Origin: Craspedostauros australis
Lineage: Eukaryota
Assembly (NCBI GenBank): GCA_030167865.1
Contig: JALAGF010000798.1
Span: 52,741 to 72,740 of the forward strand
Length of the DNA stretch: 20,000 nucleotides
Reading direction: 5' to 3'
Positions 1 to 10,192 of this stretch are shown one piece after another. The position numbers and the translations under genes were made by a program. A model generated the notes under the pieces. It saw only the letters and a list, made by a program, of their open reading frames with translations, did not search any database and was not told the DNA's origin. Each line of letters begins with the position of its first letter. The stretch's first letter is position 1.

Positions 1-135
1 ATTCTGCACTCGACTATTGGTAGAATGGCTCGCTGCCTGGTCCATTTTTCAGTATGGACACTGCAATGCGCATGCGACCCGCACAAGCATGGCAGCCTCA
101 TCCAACCAAATTAGATGTCACAGGGCTTTCCTCTG

Positions 136-169
136 TCTCTCTCTCTCTCTCTCTCTAGAGAGAGAGAGA
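136..169. repeat. (CT)n-(AG)n microsatellite forming a palindrome centred on CTAG (155-158)
   Basis: tctctc...ctctctAGagagagagaga read directly, just downstream of the eIF2 gamma stop. Confidence 0.9.
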
Positions 170-281
170 CACTGTGTGTGCGCAGACAACGATTTGAGTA
201 CCCACCACTTTACATGGACGAGTATGGTATGGTTTGCTATGGTGGATGCTATTTGCGTGGAACTTGTGGGGCGAATAAGAC

Positions 282-2045
282 TTACTCCGCCTTGACTTCG
301 ATCTTGGATCCCTTCCGGATCTGGCCCCAGCCGATGAGACGCCAATGCTTGTCGACACGTCGCGACAGAGCGATCTTCTCACCCTCTTCTGTGCACACTG
401 GTTGCGTGAGCACGACCTTCGCCAGATCGCCCTTGACCGCGATGACGCGGCCGCCTGTAGCTGTGGAGCCAATGTTGACCATCAGAATCTCATTCTTCGT
501 GAGCTTCTGGACCTTGGCCTGCTTTCCACCATCGCTCGTCTTGACACCGAGCAATCGTCTCAGGAGGTAGTACGAGATCTCGATCTCGCAGAAGACGTCC
601 GGAAGCTTTCCCTTCAGCCCGAGGACCTGCCCGACGAGGCGGTCGGCACGGGTGAGCGTTGGATCGATGCGGGTTCCGACACCGATGAGACCTCCTGGAA
701 CGGCGAATTGGAGGTCGTTCTGCTCTGCATAGAGCGAGGAGATTCTGGAGTAGATTGGGGAGCAGAGCATGGTAGTGTTGCCGTTGCCATCCTCATGCTT
801 CGTCACAATTCCTGGTCGCACCTCGACCTCGTCACCGACTCGCAGCACACCCTGCAGGATACTGCCTCCAGCAACACCACCCTGCAAGTTGCTGACGTCC
901 TGTCCTGGACGGTTGACGTCGAAGGAACGGATGACGATGAGACGCGGGACGCTGGTGAAGTCTCTTGGCGGCAGCGGGATCTTTCGCACGATGTACTCGC
1001 AGACGGCGTCGATGTTGTACTTGAGGACGGCGGATATGGGGATGATGGGTGCCGAATCGGCGACGGTTCCCGCCACGAACTTGCGGATCTGCTCCTGCTG
1101 CGCCAGGGCGGCATCGGGCTTCACGAGATCGACCTTGTTCTGCAAAATCAGGATCTCCTTGAGCCTCATGATCTCGACGGCTGCAAGATGTTCGCTGGTC
1201 TGTGGCTGTGGACAGGTTTCGTTGCCGGCGACGAGCAGGAAGGCGGCATCCATGACGGCCGCGCCGTTCAGCATGGTGGCCATGAGAATGTCATGCCCTG
1301 GACAATCCACGAAACTGACGTGACGGCGCAGACGGTATGTGACACCGGTGACATCGTCAATGAACTCATCAGCATGCGACGATCCTCTGGATGTGTAGTA
1401 TCCGCCTTTCTCGTTCTTCGGATCGCCCTTGTAGATCTTGGCGTTGGCATATCCCAGCTTGATGGTGATGTTACGCTCCAGCTCGTTCTTAAATCGCACG
1501 GTTTGCACACCACTGATGGACTTCACCACAGTGGACTTTCCGTGAGCCACGTGACCGATTGTTCCAATATTGATCGTTGCTTGTCGCGAGATCTGCCGTG
1601 GTGATGAGATTGACGTTGGTATTGGCGTTAGCGATATCGGTAGGTGTTGTTGGTGTCGGTGTGAGGCGTGTTAGCTTGAGTGCATGAAACATGGCATGAC
1701 CTGACATGGTCTGAGGTGTAGCAGTGCAACAGTACAACAGCGCAACATCGCAACATGCAGGGTTGTCGCAAGTTCGACGCATTGATCTGAGTCCAAACAG
1801 CCACAAATACGATCATCATCATGAGATATGGGTTCAGGATCAAGTCCAGGACCAACTCGGCCTCGTGGGTGCGCCAGGCTGGTGCTGCATTCCGCTTCGG
1901 TTCGAGCTTCGTCGCACTAAAAAACATGCCATCATGTCGCACTCACCACTTCTGGCGAGAGAGCAGTGAGCTTGGTTGCATCGACTGCAGAAGCATCCTG
2001 TGGCTTCAAATGCGGCTGCTTGCGGCCCTCCTCTCCGTCGCCCAT
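282..2045 (-). CDS. EIF2S3: Eukaryotic translation initiation factor 2 gamma subunit; 2 exons (2045-1947, 1592-282), 469 aa
   Basis: Exon 1 reads [33 protein letters not shown], then donor GTGAGT. Exon 2 follows acceptor CAG and reads [21 protein letters not shown]. The join restores the canonical [25 protein letters not shown]. GTPase motifs [17 protein letters not shown] and the C-terminal HWRLIGWG are present. Confidence 0.98.
1593..1946 (-). other. Spliceosomal intron of eIF2 gamma (354 nt, phase 0)
   Basis: GTGAGT donor, GCTAAC branch-like motif about 30 nt before the CAG acceptor. Its removal restores conserved protein sequence, and retention would introduce an in-frame TAA. Confidence 0.95.
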
Positions 2046-2509
2046 GGTTCCTCAACTGCTGTACTTATACGTGCGAGGTTGTCTTTGCGTCTGCGCCTGC
2101 GTCTACGTGCGGACTTGGTGGATTTCGCTTGTGCTGCTTGCGCTTCTTTTCGTGTTGTCGCCTCCAGGGTTTCGATGGCCTTGGTCTGCTGGTATCCTTG
2201 TCTCGAGATGGTCGGTGGCGCGATGTCGTTGTCTTGATGTCGACCTTGGTGTCGACCTGTGTCGCCCTGTGTTGGGTAGGGTTGGGTGCAGTTGTTGATC
2301 CTTTCACCACACAAACAACGTGGGGAGCGCACAGCAACAAGCACAACCGGCAGCCCATGGCGGGTCGGCCAAACCCGACCACGACGAAACGTGACAGAGG
2401 AACAGGAGGTTGGAGATGCACCAGGAACGACAGACAGACTGGACAACCGCCACATGGTACCACGAACACAAAGATACCTATTGAAAGATACACACTAGCA
2501 CTGCCCCAG

Positions 2510-2529
2510 TCTAGAGAGAGAGAGAGAGA
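2510..2529. repeat. TCT(AG)n microsatellite
   Basis: tctagagagagagagagaga read directly. Confidence 0.85.
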
Positions 2530-3617
2530 ATTGGCGTCCATGGCTCGAATGAATGAGAATGGGGCATTTGTGTCTGGAGCTGCGGTGGTGCTCGAAACCA
2601 TCATGCTGTGAAGATGTTGCTGTTGTATTCCAGGTATTCTGGTCGTTGGTATTGGTGTTGGTGATGGTCGTTGAGTTTGTGTTTGTGTTGGCCTGTTGGG
2701 GAATGTTGTGTTCTTCGCATAGTACTGCATTGCACTGATGGGGACGCTGCAGAATGCTCTTGGAAAGGTTGTCTTCTGGAAATAAAATGGAACAAAAGCA
2801 AAGGGACGACGCAACCGACAAGGAAGAGGTATGCTTCGCTTCTCTGGTAGAGCAGCGTTGGTGTGTGCCTCAATTGCGCAACAGATCTTCTCACCAATTG
2901 CGATCGATTGTCGCAGAATGGGTGTTGGGGTCGTCACGTCATTGGTCGTCACCATGACTCGAACGAGCTATTTGTGGCAGAGCCGCACAAGCCGCTCTCT
3001 TGCGCTCGCGCGCGTACGACCAATACGGCAGTGAGTGTTCCGTAGAGACTGCGGCATCGCGGCAAACGAGCACTGATGATCGGCACCATGCCACAATGAC
3101 GTACCAAGTTAACACACGCATGCATTGGTATTGAGGGTTGCAAACCCAAAGGATTCAGATTATAAGGATTATTGGATTGTAAGGGACCATTGCAGGACTC
3201 TCTATTCTCCCCTAGTTGGGCGATGCCCATGTTCGCATGGTAACCCCATTTTAACCGTATTGTATGTATCCCTGCTTGGTACCATCGCCGATGGTCAGAC
3301 GAACTATTTGGTGTTTTTTCTTGATATTGTACGACTCAGAAGATACCAATCCCGCCTGTCCCAAACACATCAACAACGAACAACAACAAATTCGAACTTG
3401 CGGAAAAGACACACACAGGCCATCGCAGGTGACGGACCCACCGCGGCTCATTCCTCACTCCTGCGCTTGTGTGCAACATGCAACGTGGCTGTGAGTGTGG
3501 CACCATACACTGTGACATTCTCCCGCTATCAGAAGCCAATTCGCTGGAGAGAAAAGTACGCTCCTCCGCACCATACCATATTTCCCACTGCGGCGACCTG
3601 AAGTTGAACGAACGACA

Positions 3618-4889
3618 ATGAGCCTGATGCAAGCCAAGCCGGATGTGGACAAAAGCAACACCCAGCCCAGCGAACCTGATTACTGCCGCCTCGTGCGAAA
3701 GACTTGCCATGAATGGATGGCAGGGAAGGCCGCGTCCACGACTGGGGTTGTTGCAAATTCTTCCAATCCAGCGCAACTGCGACTGCAACAGCAGCAACCC
3801 GATTCCTGGCATGTCAACGTCCGCGTGAATGAGATGGCGATGGATGGTCTATGTGACGAGATCGAGTTGAAGCACAAGAACAACCCGATTGAATGGGATG
3901 AAGAGGAATGGCATTACACGGGCGGCCAATACCGAAGCGGCACAGAAGCACAACGCAAGGAGCGCGTCGCCATGTACATCCTGGCGTTGGATGCCATCAA
4001 TTTCTGCTTCTGGCCCAGCCGGGATGGTTCCACGCAGGTCAACAGCCTCGAGTACGATACGCTCGCAGTTGCTCTCAGGAAGATGGCGGAACAAGACGAC
4101 GATGACGGGCAGCACGATGGAAATGAAGGTGCCAGTTCCGGTATTGGCGCTGCTCGAACTATCGAAGAGGACGATGCCTTGTATTCGAATGCAGACCGAC
4201 AGCCCATCGGTATCTCGGAAGGATATGCACTATCTCCGCGATCTCTCTCCACCATGACAGTATTGCAGATGCAGCAGAAGTTGGCAGAACCCTATTTGCA
4301 AGGCTTCCATCTCCCCAACATACAAAAGCGCTGCGAGCTGTGGAATGAACTGGGCAGCGTTCTGCTGACCAAATTCAAAGGTTCACCAATGCGCATGATC
4401 CGCCAAGCCAACGGCAGCGCTCCGGCCTTGGTGAACATCATCACGAGCAACTTGCCTGGTTTCCAGGACTTTGCCCAAATCGATGACCTGCAAATCTGGT
4501 TCCTGAAACGTGCCCAGATCGTGGTTGGCGATCTCAACGCTGCACTGCAGCTCAATCTCAGCGAGATGCAGGCATTATCATGCTTCGCCGACTACCGCGT
4601 GCCTCAGATTTTGCGGATGCAAGGTGTGCTGCACTACTCCGAGCAACTAGCGGACGCTGTGGATCAGGAACGGGAGATTGCGGGAGGCTCTCGGGACGAG
4701 GTATCCATACGGGCCGCCACGGTTGTCGCTGTGGATAAGATCGTGGAGAAGGTGAATGGTCGGCGGGCAACGCACGAAGCTCCGATAACGGCCGTCGAGG
4801 TCGATTGGTACCTGTGGCAGGTAGGCGAGCGGTTGAATCAGGCTGGACGGCTGGCACCCTTCCACAGAGTCAGAACACACTTTTATTAG
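3618..4889 (+). CDS. QNG1: Queuosine 5'-phosphate N-glycosylase/hydrolase (Q_salvage, DUF2419/C9orf64 family), 423 aa, intronless
   Basis: Family motifs appear in order: LDAINFCFW, FLKRAQI, FADYRVPQIL, EVSIRAA, DWYLW, and terminal FHRVRTHFY. Confidence 0.95.
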   Translation: MSLMQAKPDVDKSNTQPSEPDYCRLVRKTCHEWMAGKAASTTGVVANSSNPAQLRLQQQQPDSWHVNVRVNEMAMDGLCDEIELKHKNNPIEWDEEEWHYTGGQYRSGTEAQRKERVAMYILALDAINFCFWPSRDGSTQVNSLEYDTLAVALRKMAEQDDDDGQHDGNEGASSGIGAARTIEEDDALYSNADRQPIGISEGYALSPRSLSTMTVLQMQQKLAEPYLQGFHLPNIQKRCELWNELGSVLLTKFKGSPMRMIRQANGSAPALVNIITSNLPGFQDFAQIDDLQIWFLKRAQIVVGDLNAALQLNLSEMQALSCFADYRVPQILRMQGVLHYSEQLADAVDQEREIAGGSRDEVSIRAATVVAVDKIVEKVNGRRATHEAPITAVEVDWYLWQVGERLNQAGRLAPFHRVRTHFY

Positions 4890-5381
4890 AGTAAAGTTTG
4901 GGTGTGCAATCGGGGGCTGCAGGAGCAAGAGCATGGTGCGAATATGAAGAGGCCATGCATGTGGACTTGGACTCTCGCAGCACTAATGCACTCATCGTCG
5001 TATTATATGTTTATATGTTCTCCTACCATACTCATACATACGTACTCTATCTGGTTGTGAAGTGCGATGACGAACAGGAGGGATGCGCCCAAAATCGAAA
5101 CAACAGCGTGAAACAAGGTGCCACATACAGATAGTACGATTCGATCACTCTACTTCTGTGTGAAGAGTGGGGATGATGAAGGGAATTATGGATGGCGCAA
5201 GCTTGTAACATCACACAATGCTGCCAATGGATGCAGGCCAATATCGTTGAGTTGCGTTGCGCTCCATTGCGCAGTGTTGCAGTATGGGAACCCGTACTGA
5301 CAGATCACAGCTTCGAGTAGATCGTGCGAGTCTGCTGTCGAAGAGCGCATGAATGCGTGGTTTGTCGTGATGGGAGTGAAA

Positions 5382-6314
5382 TCAAGACTCAGCCATCACG
5401 AGAGCGACGGAAAACTTGCCGCAGGCCACCATCTTGGATGCCGCTCCAAGCAGGCCCATCGATTTCTCAATCCTCAGCACGCCGCTCGATCCAAAGTCCA
5501 GCAGGCCTGGTCGCTTGCCAACGTCAACGCTGATGTCGCCGTACACCCATCCCGGTGGAATGGAGTACGACGACGAAGTCTGCGTCGTCTTTTCGTCTTC
5601 GTTGGACCAGTAGATCTTTTGGATGCTGCCAGTTGTTTGCACGGTGCGCGTGTACCCCAGCACATCGATGCTGAAACGCAGCGACTTGCCATCGTCCGAC
5701 AGCTTCCATTCGCCGACCTTTTTGCCCGAAGTGAATTCCGACGCCGAGGCCTGGCAATCTCCATTCTCCAGGAACTCCACCCGGAAGGTGGCCGTGGGTT
5801 GTTCGGGTACCGCCAATCCGGTCGCTTTGTCGCGTGACGAGATGTTGACCTTGTTGCCGTACAGGTCGTTGCTGGGGTCCTTCGATGGCACGCCGGAAAG
5901 AAAGACGCTCGCGTCCACCGTGGTGCCAGCGATCATGGCAGGCGAAATCCCGTCGTTGCGTTGCGTCTGGCGCCATAGCTGCTGCGTCGCAGTCAATGTG
6001 GCCGCCTCATTCTCCAGGAACTCCTCGCCCGGTTTGTCGTACTGCGCCTCGCCCAAGTCTTTGGGGAGGTTGCGGTCGTTGGCGAATGCGCCATCGATCA
6101 TGTCCTTGAAGAAGTTGTATCGCACAACGCGGCTGCGATGGACGTGGCGCAACGGCCTGGCGCATGTTGTCGATGGTCGCTGTTGTTGTTGCTGTTGCTG
6201 CTGCTGTTGTTGCAGGTGGAAACCGCTGACGGCAGAGAGCAGCCACAGCAATGCCAGTGGTCGGACAATACCCGACCATCCGCACATCGTTGTGGAGGCC
6301 TTCATCTGTGTCAT
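5382..6314 (-). CDS. Probable plastid-targeted protein of unknown function, 310 aa (true start may be Met4 or Met10)
   Basis: Hydrophobic signal peptide LALLWLLSAVSG followed by Phe32 (ASAFAP-type), a Gln/Arg-rich transit-like segment, then an ordinary-complexity domain beginning YNFFKDMIDGAFAND. Confidence 0.8.
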   Translation of the reverse strand: MTQMKASTTMCGWSGIVRPLALLWLLSAVSGFHLQQQQQQQQQQQRPSTTCARPLRHVHRSRVVRYNFFKDMIDGAFANDRNLPKDLGEAQYDKPGEEFLENEAATLTATQQLWRQTQRNDGISPAMIAGTTVDASVFLSGVPSKDPSNDLYGNKVNISSRDKATGLAVPEQPTATFRVEFLENGDCQASASEFTSGKKVGEWKLSDDGKSLRFSIDVLGYTRTVQTTGSIQKIYWSNEDEKTTQTSSSYSIPPGWVYGDISVDVGKRPGLLDFGSSGVLRIEKSMGLLGAASKMVACGKFSVALVMAES

Positions 6315-6561
6315 TCGTCTTTTGCTTTTTTGTTTTAGCTTTCGTGTTGTGTCACACGACCTCCAAGAGAGAGAGAGAGGGTCGCAGGGTGATCGATTGA
6401 TCGATTGGTTGATCGGTCAGTCGATCCTTTGCTCTGACTGTGGCGTTCGTGCAAGAGCATTTCCCACGGAGCAGGTCGGAGGCTGCAGAGTACGACCGAC
6501 TTGCGCTGGTATCTTCGGTTGGATCGAGCCGCGAGACATCCGCAGGTGTTGGTGTTGGCGT

Positions 6562-6796
6562 TGACGTCATGTCCTTCATGGCGCAACCGATTTGGAACAG
6601 AACCACGTCGCGACGAATTGACACAGCAGAGCCGAGCGTCCACAAATCACATCTGTCGAGGTGCAGTCGGATGACGTCACCACGTTGCAGTTTTGTGAAG
6701 CCTGATCGGCCAGAAATTTCGAATCATGTGTTGGGATTCGAAACGGGACCGAACGGGGCAGTCCGCATCTCCACGAGTACTGCGACTGCGCACGTG
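6562..6796. promoter_or_regulatory. Cluster of ACGT-core sites in divergent promoter: TGACGTCA at 6562-6569 and 6672-6679, CACGTG at 6791-6796
   Basis: Motifs read directly. Function as bZIP/bHLH sites is inferred. Confidence 0.45.
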
Positions 6797-7470
6797 GCGT
6801 CTGTTCTCGTCACAATGACACGAACAAAGAAGCGTGATGTCGTCGCCAAACAGAGAGAGCGAAAAAGGAGAAATGTGGACGTTGTGAAGCGGAATGACAA
6901 AGAGGAAAGAACAGTTTTTTTGCGCGCCTTTCCCAGTTCGTAATTTCCGCCGCGTCGATGCGATGGGGAGAATCAATCCGAGGCCCATGACACCGGCTGC
7001 GCATCCTGTTGGTCGTGCTGCGCTTTGTGCGCCACACAGTATCGTTCTGCATCCGCGTCGGTTCCACAACTGGAGAAGCCCCCGACACCTCCTCTGTTCC
7101 ATGATACAACACGAACGAGCGCACTCCATTCCCTATCTTCTCGTCATCACCCCCGGGTCTCTCGCTGCCGCTCCCTTTCATGCCAATAGATCGAACGCAC
7201 TCACCTCTTCCATAGTTGCGCCCATCCTTCCACCCTTGTGTCCCTCCATCACCAGATCCAGAGGATCCAACTGGTGTATCGCAGATCAGCAGCTTGCCTT
7301 CCGAGGCACAGACACAGAAGACGAGTGAAACCGAACGCATGTGAGCTATCATTCCTGTTGGACGTTACAAGTACCACACAACACAACAAAACACCACACC
7401 AAACCAAACCATATCGAATCAAAGCAAATCAAAGCAAAGCACCGTGTTGCAAACACATGTCGCGACCAAC

Positions 7471-9593
7471 ATGATTTCGACAACAGGGAGCACCAGCGAT
7501 GTCAGCTGCAGCACTAGCTCAATCTCAATCAGCGGAGGCGATGGCGGCGGTAGTATATCACCGAGTGCGTCCACCGTCACATCGACTGATCCTCCTACCG
7601 AGCGGACGATGCTGCTGGCACCGCACGCATCGCCAAGCGACCGCCCAAGCTACGCGAGCACCGACAACGATGGCGATGGCCACAGCTGCAGCGACAGCCA
7701 GGGACATATATTCGCATCCATGCGGTCCTTCAAGGACATCGTGTACAGGAATGTGATGCAACACACCGGAGAGATCGGCATGCTGGGTTCTGTGGCCATC
7801 GCAATCAACTCGCTCACGGGACCCGCGATGCTCCAACTCCCAGCCACCTTCCAAAGATCGGGCATCATCCCGACATTCCTTGCTCTGACCATCTCCTGCG
7901 CCTTGTCCGCCATGTGCTCTCTGCACACCGCGAACGTCATTTCCAAAGTTCCAGGCAACGCCAACTTCCAAAGAGAGGTGCGTCATTCGTCAACAAAACT
8001 GTGCGAAATACGCGAATGTACGCACGAGTCGAGTCAAGCCGAGATGTGAATGCTTGCTGCTGTTGCGGCTGCGGTTGCGGTTGCGGTTGCGGCCGCAGAT
8101 GATGGATGATCAGAACACATTGTGTGATTGTATAATACCATCCTCACGTCCATCCCCAATCTATTCCTTCTGCTCTACCTTCTTACCCCACGGTCCGCAT
8201 ATGTTCCCTCATGCCATCTCGCATCACATCACCGCTCCGATCCGATCCAATCCAAAGATCGAATACAGCGACGTCTTTGATGAGTTCCTTGGTAGGAGGT
8301 GGTTCTACTTCTCCCAAATCTTGTTCTTCTGCTGCATCACATGCCTCAACATCTCATCGCTCGTCGCCACCGCGCAAGTCGCGGACACCATGATGGGACA
8401 TTGGTTCCCGGGAGGTTCTGCCGCCGTCACGCTGAACTTCGACCGTGGCCTCCCCCACGTGGGATGGATGCGCTGGGATTTCTCGGAGTGCATCAAAGAC
8501 GGCGAATTAATCGAAGGATGCACCCCATTCGTGGAAGAGGAAGAAGCATTCCTTTTGACGGTGGGATACGTCTGCAGCGTCGCAGCTTTGCTGCCACTTG
8601 CGCTCATGGACCTCAAGGTGCGTGGTTGTGGGGATGTGGCGATGGAAGGCTCTGTCTGCAATGCGTCCTGTAGGAGTGCATCGCGCGCTCCATCCTTTCC
8701 ACACATTCGTCATCATCCTGTCCGTCAACTATTATGCGCTCTAACTCTGTTGCTCTTGCTATTCTTGTTCCATGTTCCCATCGCATCACACTCAACGGCC
8801 ACGACGATTACCACAACTCGTACCACAACAGGATAACTCGACAACACAAATCATAGGATTCATGATTCTCATTACGTGCTGCTGTCAGTTCGCCTCAACG
8901 TTCATCGCGAACGGCTTGGACACCTCCAACGTGTCCTGGTGGGGCACCAACTGGAATTCGCTCATGGGAGTTACCATCTTCAATTTTGCGCTCGTCCTTG
9001 CCATCCCGGCCTGGCTGTACGAGAAGAAGGAGGAAGTCGACGTTTCCAGAGTCATCAACGGATCGTCCATGATGTCAATGGCACTGTACGTCGTCGTTGG
9101 AGGGCTGGGGGCCCTGGCCGTGCCCAACGTCTCCGACAATATGTTGGAATCCATGATGTCCGGCGATCTCGGCAAGCTCACTCAGGTCACTTCGTGCGCG
9201 TTCGCCTTCTTCATCATCGGCCTGGGAGTGCCGCTCTTTAGCGTCCTCACAAGGCTCAGCCTCACCGGCGGCGCGCATTTCAGCACGCCTTCGGCCAACA
9301 TCCTGGCGATCTATCTGCCCTTCGCGTCGTCATGGATGCTGTACAACGGCGAGGCCATCACCAGACTGCTGTCCTGGGGTGGGGTGATCTGCACGAGCCT
9401 GGTCGTTTTCATTCTCCCCCTCATCATCGCGTTGTACGCACTGCTCACGAACGAACGGGCAGGGTCGATAGACATCTACAGTGGGATATGGGAGAACCGA
9501 TCCAAGGAGGAAGAGAAGAAATTCTTGGCGTTGCTGCTCGCAACATCCTTCGTTTTGATATGCATCGCCATTGTCGGCAACATCTTGAGTTGA
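7471..9593 (+). CDS. Amino-acid transporter (Aa_trans/AAAP family, APC superfamily); 3 exons (7471-7977, 8258-8617, 8832-9593), about 542 aa
   Basis: TM1 motif AINSLTGPAMLQLPATFQRSG, multiple hydrophobic helices, FNFA motif in TM6-like helix. Phase-0 joins NFQRE|IEYSDVF and LMDLK|DNSTTQ. Ser-rich cytosolic N-terminus. Confidence 0.88.
7978..8257 (+). other. Intron 1 of transporter (280 nt, GTGCGT...AAG), contains (TGCGGY)x5 repeat near 8064-8093
   Basis: Donor GAG|GTGCGT, acceptor TCCAAAG|ATC. Needed to change frame between the two coding ORFs. Confidence 0.78.
8618..8831 (+). other. Intron 2 of transporter (214 nt, GTGCGT...CAG)
   Basis: Donor AAG|GTGCGT, acceptor CAACAG|GAT, frame-consistent join. 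Confidence 0.85.
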
Positions 9594-10192
9594 CGAGGCC
9601 AAATCTTGTATTGTACGAGTATGGTAGCACAGTAGCACGGCAGGATGGCTCCGATACGGGTACGCGAAGAGGAGGGACAGCGCTCAAGGTGCTCCAATGC
9701 ACCATATGTACGAGTACGATGACGTGCGAGGTGGTGTGGTGTGGTGTCATGAAGCAGGCGCACATGCTATTGGTAGATACATTAAATTTGACTCAATAGA
9801 TAGGCTACGATACATTTTTGGAATCGAAACCATCTGTGATATTATATTATATGATTCCCCCAGAGTATGCATACGAGTGCTGACACGCAGGAGGGTGTGA
9901 CCTTCCTGCGATTCTGGCGTGTCCGAACTGCATACGAGTAGGGCATCTCCAGTACGGAACATGATCTCGCGTTGGAGTAAAACGCCGCGATGGTTGATTG
10001 ATTGCTCCGACGGCCGTCCCTCAATCGTGTCAATCGTTGTGTTGCTTCGCTGTTGCCAGTTTGGGGACTCATTTCACCAACAAGCGATGGTGGATGATGT
10101 ACTTGTACAGTGCAAGTAGGAGCGGTCCTTTATTCCTTTAATGGCACGGCATCGTACCAGTACGTGTATTGGTAGGGGCATTCGCTCCATCT

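Noticed and set aside
345..1604. 419-aa plus-strand ORF antisense to eIF2 gamma (similar shadows at 5623-6564, 11324-12034 and 18768-19610)
   Set aside because: It mirrors a real gene, and codon bias or low-complexity sequence depletes antisense stops. No recognisable protein features.
1601..1714. Box C/D-like GTGATGA...CTGA in the eIF2 gamma intron
   Set aside because: It is antisense to the host transcript, with no terminal stem or recognisable guide.
5173..5300. ATGATGA...CTGA plus hairpin (5280-5299) as snoRNA, or nearby ATGA motifs as a SECIS
   Set aside because: No terminal stem or rRNA guide that I can recognise, and the neighbouring genes have no in-frame TGA requiring selenocysteine.
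3618..9593. QNG1 plus nearby transporter as a queuosine uptake cluster
   Set aside because: The transporter is an Aa_trans-family member with no known link to queuosine, and an unrelated gene lies between them. Proximity alone is not evidence.
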